Notes under the pieces: model-generated | Database searches by the model: none | Told to the model about the DNA's origin: nothing | Seen by the model: only the letters and a program-made list of their open reading frames with translations | Shown here: positions 43,367-58,916 of the stretch, piece after piece | Position numbering within the stretch: the first letter of the stretch is position 1 | Layout: each line of letters begins with the position of its first letter | Program-made: the position numbers and the translations under genes | Assembly (NCBI GenBank): GCA_951406725.2 | Contig: OX597826.1 | Coordinates: 76,570,001-76,634,000, forward strand | Length of the DNA stretch: 64,000 nucleotides | Reading direction: 5' to 3' | Origin: Octopus vulgaris | Taxonomy: Eukaryota

Positions 43367-43670
43367 GTTTGTTCCTTCTCGAGCCACGCCTGGCTCATAA
43401 GGGCCGGTTTCCCGGTTTCCTTCGCGTATAGGTTCCCCATCTGAACGAGACACCGGCCCGTTGCTGGTGAGCTTCAAGAAGAAGGGGTAAAGAGTGAGAG
43501 AAAGTTGTGGCGAAAGAATCAGCAGAAGTTCGCCATTACGTTCTGCCGGAACCGCATGGAGCTTAGGTGTTCTCGCTCATAAAAACACACATCGCTCGGT
43601 CTGAGATTAGAACCCGCGATCCCTCCACCGCGAGTCCGCTGCTCTAACCGCTAGGCCATGTACCTCCACA
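43367..43670 (-). mobile_element. SINE family C relative with 13-bp TSD
   Basis: catttccaaattt on both sides; tRNA head tgtggaggtacatggcctagcggttagagcagcggactcgcgg. Confidence 0.85.
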
Positions 43671-44751
43671 TTTCCAAATTTAAAAGCACGAAATTATTTT
43701 CTATTCGCGTTACTTTAGCAGATGCTTGTCTTGTATTTTTCGGTCGTATAACCGAAAGGGGTTCTTAATAAACAAATATTTGTATAGTTTAATGTTTAGT
43801 CTATCGTTGCTGTTTTTACTTGTCCGTTACATACATTCTCGTTCTCCTCACAAGTGGTCCTTTTTACCTGTTGGGTCTCGAGACCCTATCATTGTTCGTC
43901 GTGTTCGCCCATTTATACCCTAACAGTCTTTTACTATTGACACCACTAAGCTGAACAATGTTAATGCGAATGCGTCGAAATTGTGCGGATTTTTGGTCCA
44001 TAATTGATGAAGACACATGCATATAAGCATAAATGTATACATATACACGCATTTACCTATGCAACTATCCACATATTTACATTATTACATGTCTCCCCGT
44101 GTACAACTACACATAGAGGAGTATGCATCACATCTACATGTGTACTTGTGATCTTTCGAACTCATCATTCATTAAGTAATCCATCGGTGGAATCCCATCT
44201 GCCTAGCATTGACCTTTCCGTTGGTAATTCTTCTCCTTTTACCTTTGTGAGTTTCTGTCAACCTGCATAAGTGTGAAATATAATATATTTAAAAAATACT
44301 TTTGCTTTCTAAGCACATCGTTTCGAGTCAACGCTTGCCCAGGGTACCATGAAGTATGGTACTTTAGCTTGGGGCCGAACAAAGCATTGTGAGTGAATTT
44401 GGTAGAAGGAAACTGAAAGAAAACCGCCGTAAATATAGGAACGTCAATCATGCGATCGCGTGCTCAACAATTTAATCATAGAGCCAACTGCCTTCATTGG
44501 GATAAAATGACCTCGTGTAAACTGATATGAATTTATAGGACACCTCGAGTCTTAAAACCTCGCTCAGTATTCTATGGGCAGAAAAACACTCGTTTTTACT
44601 GGAGAGTTAGAAAACCCACCCCACCCCCTCTAAAGAAGTGTGAGGTATAAATGCTGCTTGAAGACAGTGAGATAAGCTTTCAAGTGAGTCTCTAGATGTA
44701 AGTTACTGGATTTCTGGCGATGGAGTCTTGTGCTGAGGTTTTATCATTTTG

Positions 44752-45308
44752 TGGTGAGCTGGCAGAAACGTTAGCACGTCGGGCGAAATCCTTAGCGGAA
44801 TTTCGTCTTCCACTACGTTCTGAGTTCAAATTCCGCAGAGGTCGACTTTGCCTTTCATCCTTTCGGGGTCGATAAATAAAGTACCAGATACGCACTGGGG
44901 TCGATGTAATCGACTTAATCCCTTTGTCTGTTCTTGTGGGTAGTAAAGAAATAGGTATTTCGTCTGTCTTTATGTTCTGAGTTCAAATTCCGCCGTGGTC
45001 AACTTTGCCTTTCATCCTTTTGGGGTGGATAAATTAAGTACCAGTTACGTATTGGTGTAGATATAATCGACTTAATCCGTTTGTCTGTCCTTGTTCGTTC
45101 CTTCTGTGTTTAGCCCCTTGTGGGTAGTAAAGATATAGGTATTTCGTCTGCCGTTATATTCTGAGTTCAAATTCCGCCGAGGTCGACTTTGCCCTTCATT
45201 ATTTCGAGGGTCGATTAATTAAGTACCAGTTGCGTACTGGGGTCGATCTAATCGACTGGCTCCCTTCCCCCCAAATTTCGGGCCTTGTGCCTAGAGTAGA
45301 CAAGAATA
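44752..45308 (+). mobile_element. Nested/tandem SINE-B: one head, three bodies, two tail types
   Basis: Junctions ...ataggt|atttcgtctg at ~44956 and ~45140; last body ends in tail type 2. Confidence 0.92.
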
Positions 45309-46134
45309 TTGTGTCTACGTAATCTATTCATAAGCTGTCCGTTTAAATAAAAACGCTTTCTCATTTACGTTATTCTCTCTGTCTCTCTCATTCCCTCTCT
45401 CACTCTCCCACTCTCTCTCTCTCTTTCTGTATATTAGCGGGTGAATATGAATGCATGTATATATGTACGCGCACATACAAGCGCTGACGCCCATACTCCG
45501 TGGCAGGAAACGCATAAAAGAATAAAAGAATATATATAATTGTATATGTAAAACAGACAGTCACATGTATTCTAACAATCTATACAACATACTCACAGGA
45601 TGGTGATATATTGCTATATATATATATACATATAAATATATATATATATTGTATACATGCAAAAGTACATATGCGAAACGTCACCGTTCAGTCATACATA
45701 TTCCCGTATGACATATAAACGGTCAATCACCTTTGAATATAACAAAGATACAGAAAAAAAAATCGATGATATTGCAGTAGATCTTATCAGTGGATAGTCT
45801 GACGTAATTTGGCATGCTGACCTCTGGTCAATTTGCTATACATTAAGCCAAGAAACTAATTATCTACTTTTCATGCTGCTTCAAGTGACTCGACCATATC
45901 TACAGATGTTTAGTCTGCCGGCTCACTCTTAGTATTGCACAGCGTAACATGATATCGCCATGTTCTACTGTAGGTGTATTCATGTGTATGCGTGTACGTG
46001 TGGGAGGCGGCATTTACGTTTGGACTAATGCATATAAATATATACATAGAAAAGCATATATATATATGATGTATATATATATTATATATATATACACACA
46101 TGCACATATATCTATATATACAGTAGCCATGATA

Positions 46135-46325
46135 GATCGTTAACCACTACACACATTTTTTTCTCCCCTTTTTTTTGTCTCCTTGTTTTTTTTTCTTTGT
46201 CCCTTTCTGTAGAAAAGCGTAGGCTCGAAACGTAAAATACTTTTTCTATTCCTGAACGTTATACATCTGTTTGTTTTGTACACCACCTGTCTTCGTCTTT
46301 TGTTTTTTTTTCGTAAGACTCTCTC
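46135..46325 (+). mobile_element. Short PLE-like relic (same family as 5690-5848)
   Basis: gatcgttaaccactacacacattttt...ctttctgtagaaaagcgtaggctcgaaacgtaaaa. Confidence 0.6.
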
Positions 46326-46507
46326 TACATATATACATGCATAGATACGCACAGATACATACATACACACGCACACACACATATATATATATATACATAC
46401 ATATATGTATATATGTATATTCACACACTCACGCACACATATATATCTATATATCTAATATATTTAAATATATATACATGTTTGTATAGCACACGCATGT
46501 ATATCTA

Positions 46508-46544
<37 letters not shown>

Positions 46545-46564
46545 GTCTATCTATCTATCTCTCT

Positions 46565-46608
<44 letters not shown>

Positions 46609-46621
46609 ATCTATCTATTTA

Positions 46622-46661
<40 letters not shown>

Positions 46662-46667
46662 CAATCA

Positions 46668-46753
<86 letters not shown>

Positions 46754-47504
46754 AAGCATACATACATATAATTAGCATATTATGTATAATATATTGGTTA
46801 AAACGAACCGGAGGGAAGTATTTAGTACAAATTAAAGAGCTATGCGAATTCATTTGTCTCCACCGCTCTTCAGTATTTCCACGTTTTGTGCGTTTCGTCA
46901 GAGAGCATGACGAGGCAAAAATAATCGGATGCGAGTGAAATATAAGCAGGTCCCTGAATAGGTTGTGAGTCATCTTTAAACAAAGATAAAGAAGATATCT
47001 TTGATTGTAAATAAAATAGATGAATCGAAGTATAGGCACAAACTAAAATAACTATATCCAAGTAATTAAAATATTTAAATTAAACCTTAATTGATATTTC
47101 ATTAGGGAACAGCAAAATTTTACATGGATACGGTGATCAGTGTTTGATAGATGAGTATCTTCTTCGTCAAGTGTTCCTAAGCGTAAGCGGCCCTTAACGA
47201 TGCCCTATCACAAATGAAAGATTCGTACAGCAATGGTGAAGGTTTTCTTTTCCTGCTATCCCGTCATCATCGGATGATATAGACGATGATGTTGTTGATG
47301 TTCTAGATAGCAAAGAAGGAAGCGATGCTTCAACTAGCTCTGGATAGAAAAAGGGCACCAATTTATCTCCATTTGTCCATTGTTTGACAACAACAATACG
47401 GGTATTTCAAATGAATTTATGCTCATGATGGAGGAAAAGGAATGGCATTTTGTGAATTTTATTGTGGGAGATATTAACAGGTATTATTGCCTTTGCGTCA
47501 GATA

Positions 47505-47652
47505 AATACCGTTAAGAAGATATTTTATTGACCTCGAAAGGATGAAAGGCAAAGCTGACAATGGCGGAATTTGAACTCTGAACGTAAAGGTGGACGAAAT
47601 GCCGCTAAGCATTTTTGACTAGTGTGCTAACGATTCTACCGACTCGTTGCCT
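47505..47652 (-). mobile_element. SINE-B fragment
   Basis: Head and core similarity. Confidence 0.8.
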
Positions 47653-47661
47653 TACTACTTC

Positions 47662-47695
<34 letters not shown>

Positions 47696-47799
47696 AATAA
47701 TAATAATAATAATAATAAAAATAATAATAATAACAGCAGTAGTAGTAATAAAAAAATATTTCTGTTTATCTCAAAGGCTGCGAATAACACATTTGGAAA

Positions 47800-48480
47800 A
47801 TAATTAACAAATCCGAAAAGGGGTTTACAAAGAATTGATCATAAATAAATGAGAGAGAAAAGGCATTACACAAAAGAATGAATAAGGCGTTCCATTAGGG
47901 AGACCTCAATCCCTGGCCAACCAAAGAACTTTGTACATTCAATATTTGTCTGAATATTAAGCGCAAGATGTTGGGTTTTCTGCAGTTCTCTTATAAATAG
48001 GTTTATCCCGACCAACAACTCCTTTCAGTAAATTTACTGGAATAATAAAACCTCGAGAAGTTGATGGCTTGTCTGAAGAAGAACATGTTTGAATCGAAAC
48101 GTTTTTTTTTTCACCGTACAATATCTTTCACCATCACTACCGAATGTGGAAAAATGTCTGGCTTCCTCAGACGAAGGAGGGCCCAATGAATCATTACAAC
48201 GAGTTGTTTATAGGCGAGTCCATGTTAAAAGAACATCTTTAAGATATAACTTCGCAAGGGAGAAATTTTCGGGTACTGGATGAAAGCATGCATAAAACTT
48301 TAGTTCCTCAGTTCACTTCTCAGACATGATCCATATGCCAAATCCCCTACTGATGTCCTCCGTCATGCAGTTTCACCGTCCACTTTAAGGACCAGAAAGA
48401 ACGCAGGGAAGGTTCTAGATCTGATGTAAAATGTGTAAGAGCACGAATGGTTCCAGGTTCATTACAGCTGTTTCAGACGC
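47800..48480 (-). pseudogene. Decayed L1/Tx1-type LINE ORF2 C-terminus (CCHC zinc knuckle)
   Basis: Minus strand ~48330-48240 reads CLRSELRN*SFMHAFIQYPKISPL; three single-base changes restore C-x2-C-x8-H-x4-C (CLRCELRNESFMHAFIQCP). Boundaries approximate. Confidence 0.6.
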
Positions 48481-49106
48481 GTTTTTATTGATGAACAAAC
48501 CAGCTGCATCATGAAAATATAAACCGTTTCCTTCAGGTGAACTAAAATTTAAATCTGAAATTCAACATTAAAGATTTGGCTCAGAAAAGAATGTATATTG
48601 ACTTACTCATCTCTGTAATGATCCAGAGACACTCTGAACCGCCACAAAGATGAGGGAATCAGAGATGAGAGTCCAGAGTGTCTCTGGTCTGGATTGAGAT
48701 GACGGAGTTAGAATACATTCTTTATACATTTAAATATATCTCTACAAATATTTTCTTTAGAATACGAATGTTTATTTAAACAATACTACTGTGGATAGTT
48801 GATGCGTTCGATGTGATGCTGATGAAAGTATAATAAGTATTGAAATGTGAATATACACTGATTACCTATTTTTCTGAGTTCAAGAGCATTGCTCACATCA
48901 ATGCGTTCGTCGTGACTATTAGTGCGTTACATCAGTGCGTTACATCGTGACTATTAGTGTTGGCTCTGGATTCTATAGAAAATTTTTAGAGATAAACTTA
49001 AAAATGAAAACATCGCACTGCTAACACAAAATGTAAGGCACAATGTTGACATGTAAACTTTTAATATACTTAGTAGTATGTTACCAGTTTACTGTATACA
49101 TATCTA

Positions 49107-49148
<42 letters not shown>

Positions 49149-49190
49149 GTGTGTGTGTGTGTTTTGTGTGTATGTGTGTATGTGTGTGTA

Positions 49191-49241
<51 letters not shown>

Positions 49242-49295
49242 TTATATATATACATATATATTTATTTATTTATATATATATTTATATATATATGC

Positions 49296-49351
<56 letters not shown>

Positions 49352-49356
49352 TTATG

Positions 49357-49403
<47 letters not shown>

Positions 49404-50347
49404 TATATACATATATATATACATGCATGTATATGCATATATACTGTATATATGTGTATATATATGTATATATATATATCGAGAAAGAAAGAGGGAGAGA
49501 GATGTGTATATACAGAAACACATATATTCGTTCAGATGTTTAGTTATAATAAATAAAAAAATTACTTTAAATTGAAAGATTATTCAATACATATTAATCA
49601 TTCTTCAACAAAGATAGTGTCGAAGCTTCGAAGTCACTGTCACCATTATCCTTTTTAAAGGAGAATGAAAATATACACACACACACACACACACACATAC
49701 CATACACACGCATTTATCACAGACACATATACACACTTAGTAACATACGCGATCACGCACTAGGAGTACTCGGTTTATCTGTCCATTTTGCATTCATAAA
49801 CCTACACAGACACACGCAAACACTCACTCACACACTCTACTCGCTCATACTCTCTCTCTCTCTACAGAATCTGATCAAATTCTCAAGAATTACTTTCAGA
49901 AAGTATGTAGTGCCACAGAGAAGCATCTTCTCTTGCCGTATTTGTTTACCACTATTTCAGATTTTCTATGGAAATGTCTAGAAACGTTGGATTACTGCTG
50001 GAGCAATATTCGGAAAATTCATTAAACTTGTATTAGATTTTTCGCGGGGTCTGTTTAATGCTTTCTGCAATTAATTAATTATTCATAATCATTTGTTTGT
50101 TTATGTGTGTATGCGTCCGTACATGTTACATGTATGTATGTATGTGTGTTTGTGTGTGTGTGTGTGAGTGGTTGGGTGTTTGTTGTGTGTGTTATGGTTC
50201 TCGTTGTGTGTGTGTGTATGTTTATGTTTGTAATATTTTGTAATTGTTGGTAATGTCGCATGTTTGTGTAAGTATATGCACGCGTGAATGTCAGTGTGTA
50301 AAATGTTCGTGTGTGTGTATGTGTGTGTATGTGTGTGTATGTTAGTA

Positions 50348-50388
<41 letters not shown>

Positions 50389-50664
50389 GTGTGAGTGTGT
50401 GTGATCGAGTGATTTCCCTTCTTCTTAATTTTCTTATTAGAATTATTATCATAAGAGCGATGACAATGATGATGATGATGATGACGGTGGTAATGATGAT
50501 GATGATGATGACGACAACAACAACAACAACAACAACAACAATAATGTTAATGTTATTATAAATGTTGTAGTTTTGTTATTTTGCTGCGAAATGAAGTCGC
50601 TTCTTTGTTTAATTTGTATTCTTATAAACGTCGTTGAAAACTTGGTCGTTGTCGTCATGTCCGG

Positions 50665-50704
<40 letters not shown>

Positions 50705-50888
50705 GCCATCGTCATCATAATCACCATCATCATCATCATCATCATCCTCATCCTCATCATCATCATCGTCATCATAATCATTATCATCACTATCAACATC
50801 ACCTCCATCGTCGTCGTCGTTGTCGTCATCATCATCATTCCTGTCTTCACAGCGCCATTCGTCTTCTACCGCTACTTTCCCATCCCAT

Positions 50889-51925
<1,037 letters not shown>

Positions 51926-52384
51926 CATACTCATAATTACCATCGTCGTTGCCGCTTTTAATAACGCTGCCAACTTTTGAAGAATCGCTTCTTTCCTCTT
52001 ACTTTTTAACGTTTTGTGATGATGTTGTTGTTAATGATGGTGATGATGAGCATGTGAGGGGGGAGCGGGAGGAGAGGATGAGGTTGACGATCATCATCAT
52101 CAGCTTGAACAATATCAGTAGCAATGACAACCATTTCGATTCTTATTCTTTTCAGTTGAAATAACAGTGGCAAATATTTAATTTTCATGTAGCTTTGTGC
52201 ACACATGTGGCATATGCGTTTATGCAAATGTATGTATGCATGTACGTCTGTGTGCCTTTTTATTCTGTATCTAGGAAATTTGTGGGGCCAACTAATATCT
52301 TGTGAGTATATTTATTCGGCGGAGACTGTGTGGAAGACCATCTTATATACACATCAGTGCGTGTATATATCATTATACCTCATA

Positions 52385-52810
52385 ATAAAACGTTAAGCAT
52401 GTCCTATGGACATGAATGTGTCTCTTGAGACCTACTGGTGCCTTGCAAACCTTTTAGCAAATAGAACAAGTTGAGGACTCAATTTGTTTGAGCACTTGTA
52501 GATCATTTGCTACATGTTTTCATGAGTGGACGGCAAGGCCTGCTTTGCTTCGTGCCACAAACCCACTAAGACAGGTAGGGTTTCCATTTACAGGAGCAGC
52601 ATTTTGCTAGCGTGCCTTCAGGCTTGCACGAACTTGGCCCCGATGTTGGAGCCGACTTTGCTCAAATCTTTAAACTGAAGAGAAGCAGGCCTGACACCAG
52701 CTCCTGCGTTCTGATAGTTTGTTTTCGTAGGCAGAAAAGGAAATGCTGCATTGCTTCAGATTGTCTTTCAGTTTGTCTTTGTCAGGCAAGAAGGGCCTTC
52801 AAACTGACTT
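52385..52810 (-). mobile_element. RTE/BovB-type LINE 3' relic
   Basis: Minus strand KDKLKDNLKQCSI..YE....ERRSW....V*RFEQSR...CLSGFVARSKAGLAVH with in-frame stops. Confidence 0.8.
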
Positions 52811-53133
52811 TATATATATATATATATATATACATGCATACATGGAGATGGGGACTGATATATTGCAGCCAAGCAAGCGTAATGAAATATATACTTGCAT
52901 ACATATGCGTATGTATACTCAAGCACACACCGTCCGCCTATCCTCGGACAACATTTCTTTTCCTGTTTCTGTTACCACTGTTTCGTTTTGGACAGCTGAT
53001 GGTGACCTGTTGGAGTTTTCGGATCTAGCGCTATTGTCCTGTTGTTATTTCAAAGAATGACTCTATTGTTGGGCTGGCATTTAGAAATAGTTCAACAGTT
53101 TGACAATTTTAGCTAAGAGAAAGATTTTTCCTG

Positions 53134-53169
<36 letters not shown>

Positions 53170-53352
53170 ACACACACATACACACGCACACACATTTATA
53201 TATATACGTCTGTGTGTGTGCGAGTATGTGTGTATGTATGCATATATGCATGTATATGTGCATATATTTGTATCTGTATATATATCATATATATTATATT
53301 CATGTGTGTGTGTGTGTGTGTGTATGTGTGTACATATGTACATACCTATGCC

Positions 53353-53488
53353 TATTTATTTTCTTAAACAAGAATGGTATCGATAGTGACTTCGAAATTT
53401 CGACCAGCTAACCCATCGTCGGGTTGCTTAACTGGCCGAAACTTCGATGTCTCTATCAACAATATTCCTGTTTAAGAAAATAAATAAA
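53353..53488. repeat. Imperfect inverted repeat (~60-bp arms)
   Basis: tatttattttcttaaacaagaat..gatagtgacttcgaaatttcgaccagctaa versus the reverse complement of ttaactggccgaaacttcgatgtctctatc..attcctgtttaagaaaataaata. Confidence 0.85.
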
Positions 53489-54553
53489 CTTGTACCCCAG
53501 AAAAAAATAGTATAGTGTAACTCTGCTGCTTAATGGAAAATTGTTTTTATTGTGACTGTAAAAACAAACAACAAACAAACACACACCATATTGCATCGCT
53601 GTTTATTTATCTGACTGTATATCTACGCTCTCTTAGATCAAGTTCTCACAACTTATTTCTTCATGCGCTAGACCCATTCACTTCAACCCAAGTTCTACGT
53701 AGATTAACTTTGCCAAAGATATATATAGCGGTATTTCTTACCACATAAATATCTATCTGTCTATAATAAGCGCGCTCTTTTACTCTTCTAATCTACACTT
53801 CACACTGAATACTAAAGTTTTCGGTTATTATCTATTCATGAGGTATAAGCTCCCTTCTCGTTATTTTCTAAATATTTTTCATAAGATGGCTGTCCCTTCT
53901 GATTCGGCTCTGGCAGATTAGCTGCTTACGGTGATCTTTTATTACTTTCAAAATGATTACGATCGCACTGTATATTTTCAATCTTGGGACATAAATATTT
54001 TCCTTATTTTATCTCTCGCGTCTCCCCTTCTCCTTCTCTCATTCAATTCCCTTTATTTTTCCAAATGTCTGTCATTTTCTTTTCCTTGTCAGCCCCTCTC
54101 TCTGTCTCTCTCCTGCCATGCACACACACACACACACACACATATAACCACACACACATATATACATACGTACAGCCACATATATAATGTTTGCATATAT
54201 TCATATACATACATATACATACATACATACACACATACAGACATATACATATACACATGCACACACACACACACACACACACATACACACATATATATAT
54301 ATAGGCATAAGCGTTGGCGTGGCTGTGTGGTAAAGAAGCTTGCTTTGCAATCACGTGGTTTAGAGTTCAGTACCGCTGCGTGGCACTTTGGGCTTGTCTC
54401 TTCTACTATAGCTCAGGGCCAACTAATATCTTGTGAGTATATTTGGTCGGCGGAGACTGTGCGGAAGACCATCTTATGTACACATCAGTGCGTGTATATA
54501 TCATTATACCTCATCCAATCTTTATATATCCCTTTGTCTCCTCTCTCTTTCTC

Positions 54554-54622
<69 letters not shown>

Positions 54623-55427
54623 GTGTTCATTAAACCCACTCTCATCTTTTGATCAATCTTTCATGCCACCACTCTAAGATTGAACTTTCGTCTCGCTTTT
54701 CTTCTTCTCACCAACTCTCTTAAACAATCCATCAAAGACTAAGCAACTGTGCTTACTCGATCTGCTAGAAAAAGCAGTTAGTTTCTCTTCAAAACATCGC
54801 CACCCCGCATATTGTCATTTCATAATCTGTCGGACGTATTGAGTAATAATAATCTTCATACACCACATTTCCCGGAAAAAAGGTCGGATGGTCATATTTG
54901 GATCATTCTTGCCTTATTTTGTCCGCATGAAGACTGAGATGCGGTTAAGTAACAAATCTCAGCCATTTTCTTAATTCCTCCTTAATCCTCACTAATCTAA
55001 AACAGCTTATAAATCCACGTCTACCCCCACCCCTTCCATCCGACCATCGTACTCATATGCATTCTCTCCTCTTTTCTTCCTTTTCTTTAACTTTCATTAT
55101 TTCTCTCCTTTATGATTCTTTTCCTTCTCTCTTTTATTTCTGACTTTATATTACTTTCTCTCTGCCCGCAACTCTCTCTTCCCTCTCTTTCTCTAGATGT
55201 CTCTCACTCTCTCTCTATGTCAGTGTCTTTGTCTCTCTTTACCCATCTTACTCTCTTACTCTTCCTCCATATCTCTCATTCTTTTCCTACCTCACTCACT
55301 CACTCACTCACTTACCATATAGAAATAGAGAGAGAGAGGAAGAGAGAGAGAAATAGGAAGAGGGAGAGAGAGAAAGAGACGGAGAAAGAGATAGAGAGAA
55401 AGAGGTTTTCATATTCATATTTTCACC

Positions 55428-55470
<43 letters not shown>

Positions 55471-55794
55471 ACTCTAGTTCTGTATACGCCCACATAATAT
55501 TCTCCTCCAGCGTGGTTCTGTCGGTTGGAAATGGTAGCAACATGTCTCACAAATCAAATAAGTTTACAATTTTCGATACAGAAATCTACAAAACGTACAT
55601 CAAACAAGGTACATTCTGCAATGAAAGAAGACTCATCTGTCTTCATAAGGACCACCCCGTCACCAGCTTTGGAGGTTTGTGCTTCCACAAGAAATCGATT
55701 CTCTAACGACTGCAGATAGACGTGACAAACTTAGGGATATATTGATCTCGTGGACTTGTCTATGGCGGCATTATTTTAGAGAGAACAAAGGCAC

Positions 55795-55998
55795 TGAGCT
55801 GGCAGAATCGTTAGCACACCGGACAGATTAGCTGTATTTCATCACTTTTATTGTTCCGAGTTCAAATGCTGCCGAGGTCACTTTTGCCTTTCCTCTTTTC
55901 GGGGTCGATGAAATAAGGACCAAGTTGAACACTGGAGTCGATGTAATCGACTTAATCCCTCCGCAGATATTGCTGTCCTTGTACCAAAATATGAAACT
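55795..55998 (+). mobile_element. SINE-B (diverged)
   Basis: Head and core similarity. Confidence 0.8.
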
Positions 55999-56014
55999 AT
56001 TATTTTAGAGAGAA

Positions 56015-56055
<41 letters not shown>

Positions 56056-56745
56056 AAAATAAGTAAGAAATAAAGAAACAAAGAGTGCAGTCATATTGGA
56101 TTTGATTTAAAAGGAAGGAAATCGGCTGTGCCATTTTTATAGCTTCCAGCATTGGTGGTGTAAAGTAAACCTGTTTTGAAAATTTGCAACAGAACGGGCA
56201 CCGCTAAAACCTCTCAAGAGTTAAGCCGAGCAACGGTCTAAATTGACTTCAGCACATGTCTTTATTCAACTCACCAAAGAAACCTCTTTGCGTACACTTG
56301 ACCTGTTATAAAGAATAGCCAAATTCTCCTTAGCATTTGTGTCGTATTGCCTGATATATAAAATAAATGGATGACCACAGCTTGTATGACTTTAATCATA
56401 AGTATGCTCCATCAGGGCGTACCTGGAACAGGTAAAGTGAAGATTCATCAGTCACATCTGTCATTAAGGTTATCAGATCCAGGAAAGTGAATTAAGAGTA
56501 AAGTAGATTTGCCCGAGGTCGGAACATAATTCAATATGGCGTGGAATTTTTCTGAGAATTCTCTGTAGTTTTATTACGTATAATTCGGAAAAATACTTTA
56601 TAACATTGAAGGGAATCATGCACGAGAGAGTTTTATAGAACTAACTGCTGGCATCCCGCGCTCCTAAACAGTTATGAGCAATGATATACATACATACACG
56701 CATACATACATACATATATAAACAGATAAATAAATAAATGAATAT

Positions 56746-56813
<68 letters not shown>

Positions 56814-56847
56814 ATACATATATACATACATACATACATACAAACAG

Positions 56848-56878
<31 letters not shown>

Positions 56879-56879
56879 G

Positions 56880-57027
56880 GTACAGGATTGCTCATCAACA
56901 ACATGGTTCTGGGTTCAGTCCCACTGCGTGGCATCTTGGGTAAGTGTCTCCTGGTATAGTTTCGGGCCGACTAAAGCCTTGTGAGTGGATTTGTTAGACG
57001 GAAATTGAAAGAAGCCCGTCGTATATA

Positions 57028-57096
<69 letters not shown>

Positions 57097-57300
57097 AACT
57101 GTTTGTGCGTCTGTGCTTGTCCTCCCACCATTGCTTGACAACCGGTGTTGGTGTGTCTACGTCCCCGTAACTTAGCGGTTCGGCAAAAACGACTGATAGA
57201 ATAAGTACTAGGCTTACAAAGAACAATTTGTTCGACTAAAGGCAGTGCTCCAGCATGGCCGCAGTCAAATGCCTTAAACGAATAAAAGAGCAAAAGAGTA
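56880..57300 (+). mobile_element. SINE-A
   Basis: Family similarity. Confidence 0.88.
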
Positions 57301-57613
57301 TGTGTGTGTGCGTGTGTGTTAGTGTGTGTAAATACCGTAGGATACTAGAATACCACTTGCTAAAAAGAGGAGCTTTCATTCCAAAACAAGAAATGTCTCA
57401 CTGTTAATAAATATGCACAGTGAATGCAAGGAATATAACAAAACAGTCCTCCCTAAAAAGCAAGAAACAGATATCTTGGTATCAATTGATTTCAATTATT
57501 GTACCTTTCTACTCAAGGATCGTCAAGTGGTATTCTGGTACCCTACTTTATTTATTTGTTTATATATTTTAAGTTAAACTTGCTTGCCACTTTATAATCA
57601 TCATCATTATTGT

Positions 57614-58135
57614 TGAGAGAGCTGTGCATGCCATCAAAATGACACCGAGGTAAAATATACGAAACCCACTATGCCCATCATGGCTACCCGTCTGATAAGA
57701 GTACGCCAGGTACATGCAATATAACCATACCTGCGCGACATGGTGATCTAATATTAAGATTAACAGCGCATGACATTGCAGGTGGGGGCCCAGTTAGAAT
57801 TTTCTTCAGTTCGAGTAGCGTATCCTGCTCAAAAGGTCCCTGAATAAGGATTGTTTAAGGATGTTGAACGAAACACCCATGTTCCCAAAGGTGAATTATT
57901 CAAACCCCAAAGAATTCCTCTCAGTACGTATGATCAGAGATGGACATATCGTCAGCCACCAAGGGACATGCTCAACCGGTTAAGGTCAAACAACTGACAA
58001 GCTAATCTGTGATATTGAGCAGAATATTTGATATAGCCCATCCTTTATACCAAGAAAAAACAATGTACATGATAACACTTCCGAGCAGTTAAGGTCAGAA
58101 GCCATGAAAGCCACTGCCTGGTACTGCATCCGGGC
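57614..58135 (-). mobile_element. Non-autonomous retroposon family D, apparently full length, flanked by (TAA/TGA)n
   Basis: Matches 16888-17342; (ATT)n at 58136-58190 and aacaataatgatgatg tail. Confidence 0.8.
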
Positions 58136-58136
58136 A

Positions 58137-58193
<57 letters not shown>

Positions 58194-58346
58194 ATCATCA
58201 TCATCATCAATAATAATAATAATAATAATAATGGCAATAACACTTTACTTAATTATATATATATATAAACACATATCTCTCTGTCTCTCTATATACATAT
58301 ATACATGTAAGTGTTTTATGCATACACACACACACGCACACACACA

Positions 58347-58379
<33 letters not shown>

Positions 58380-58841
58380 GCATAACTATGTGTGTGTATG
58401 TTTGCGTGTGTGTGCATGTTTGTGCATGTGTGCATGAAACCAAGCGTGTGCAAAAACTTAATATACTAAATATTGCTTGTGTATTAGTTTTGTTTAAATT
58501 TTTATTCATTTCATTTATTTATCTCTCCACATATTGAGCTGCGAATCGGCGGGAGGAATATTTGAAAAAAAAAAGAATATACATATTTTATGTGAGCCTT
58601 GATTTTCAAGGTTTCATTGAACAACCCCCGCTTATAAGTGAACCAAGAAAGAAAAACAGATTTCGAAATATGGAGTTAGTTTGATCAATGGCATCGTACG
58701 CGAAACTCTCGTCTCTTGAGTCACTTTGAAATTTCTCTCAACCAATATGTATGTGTGTATGTATCTCTCTGTTTCTCCCTCTTTTTCTCTCTCATTTCTC
58801 CCCTTTCTCTCTCACGCTATATATATTATATATATAATATA

Positions 58842-58916
<75 letters not shown>

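Noticed and set aside
55480-55770. Unique GC-richer segment with short ORFs
   Set aside because: No recognisable domain or consistent splice pair; similar unresolved patches at 1480-1740, 39060-39340 and 47120-47500.
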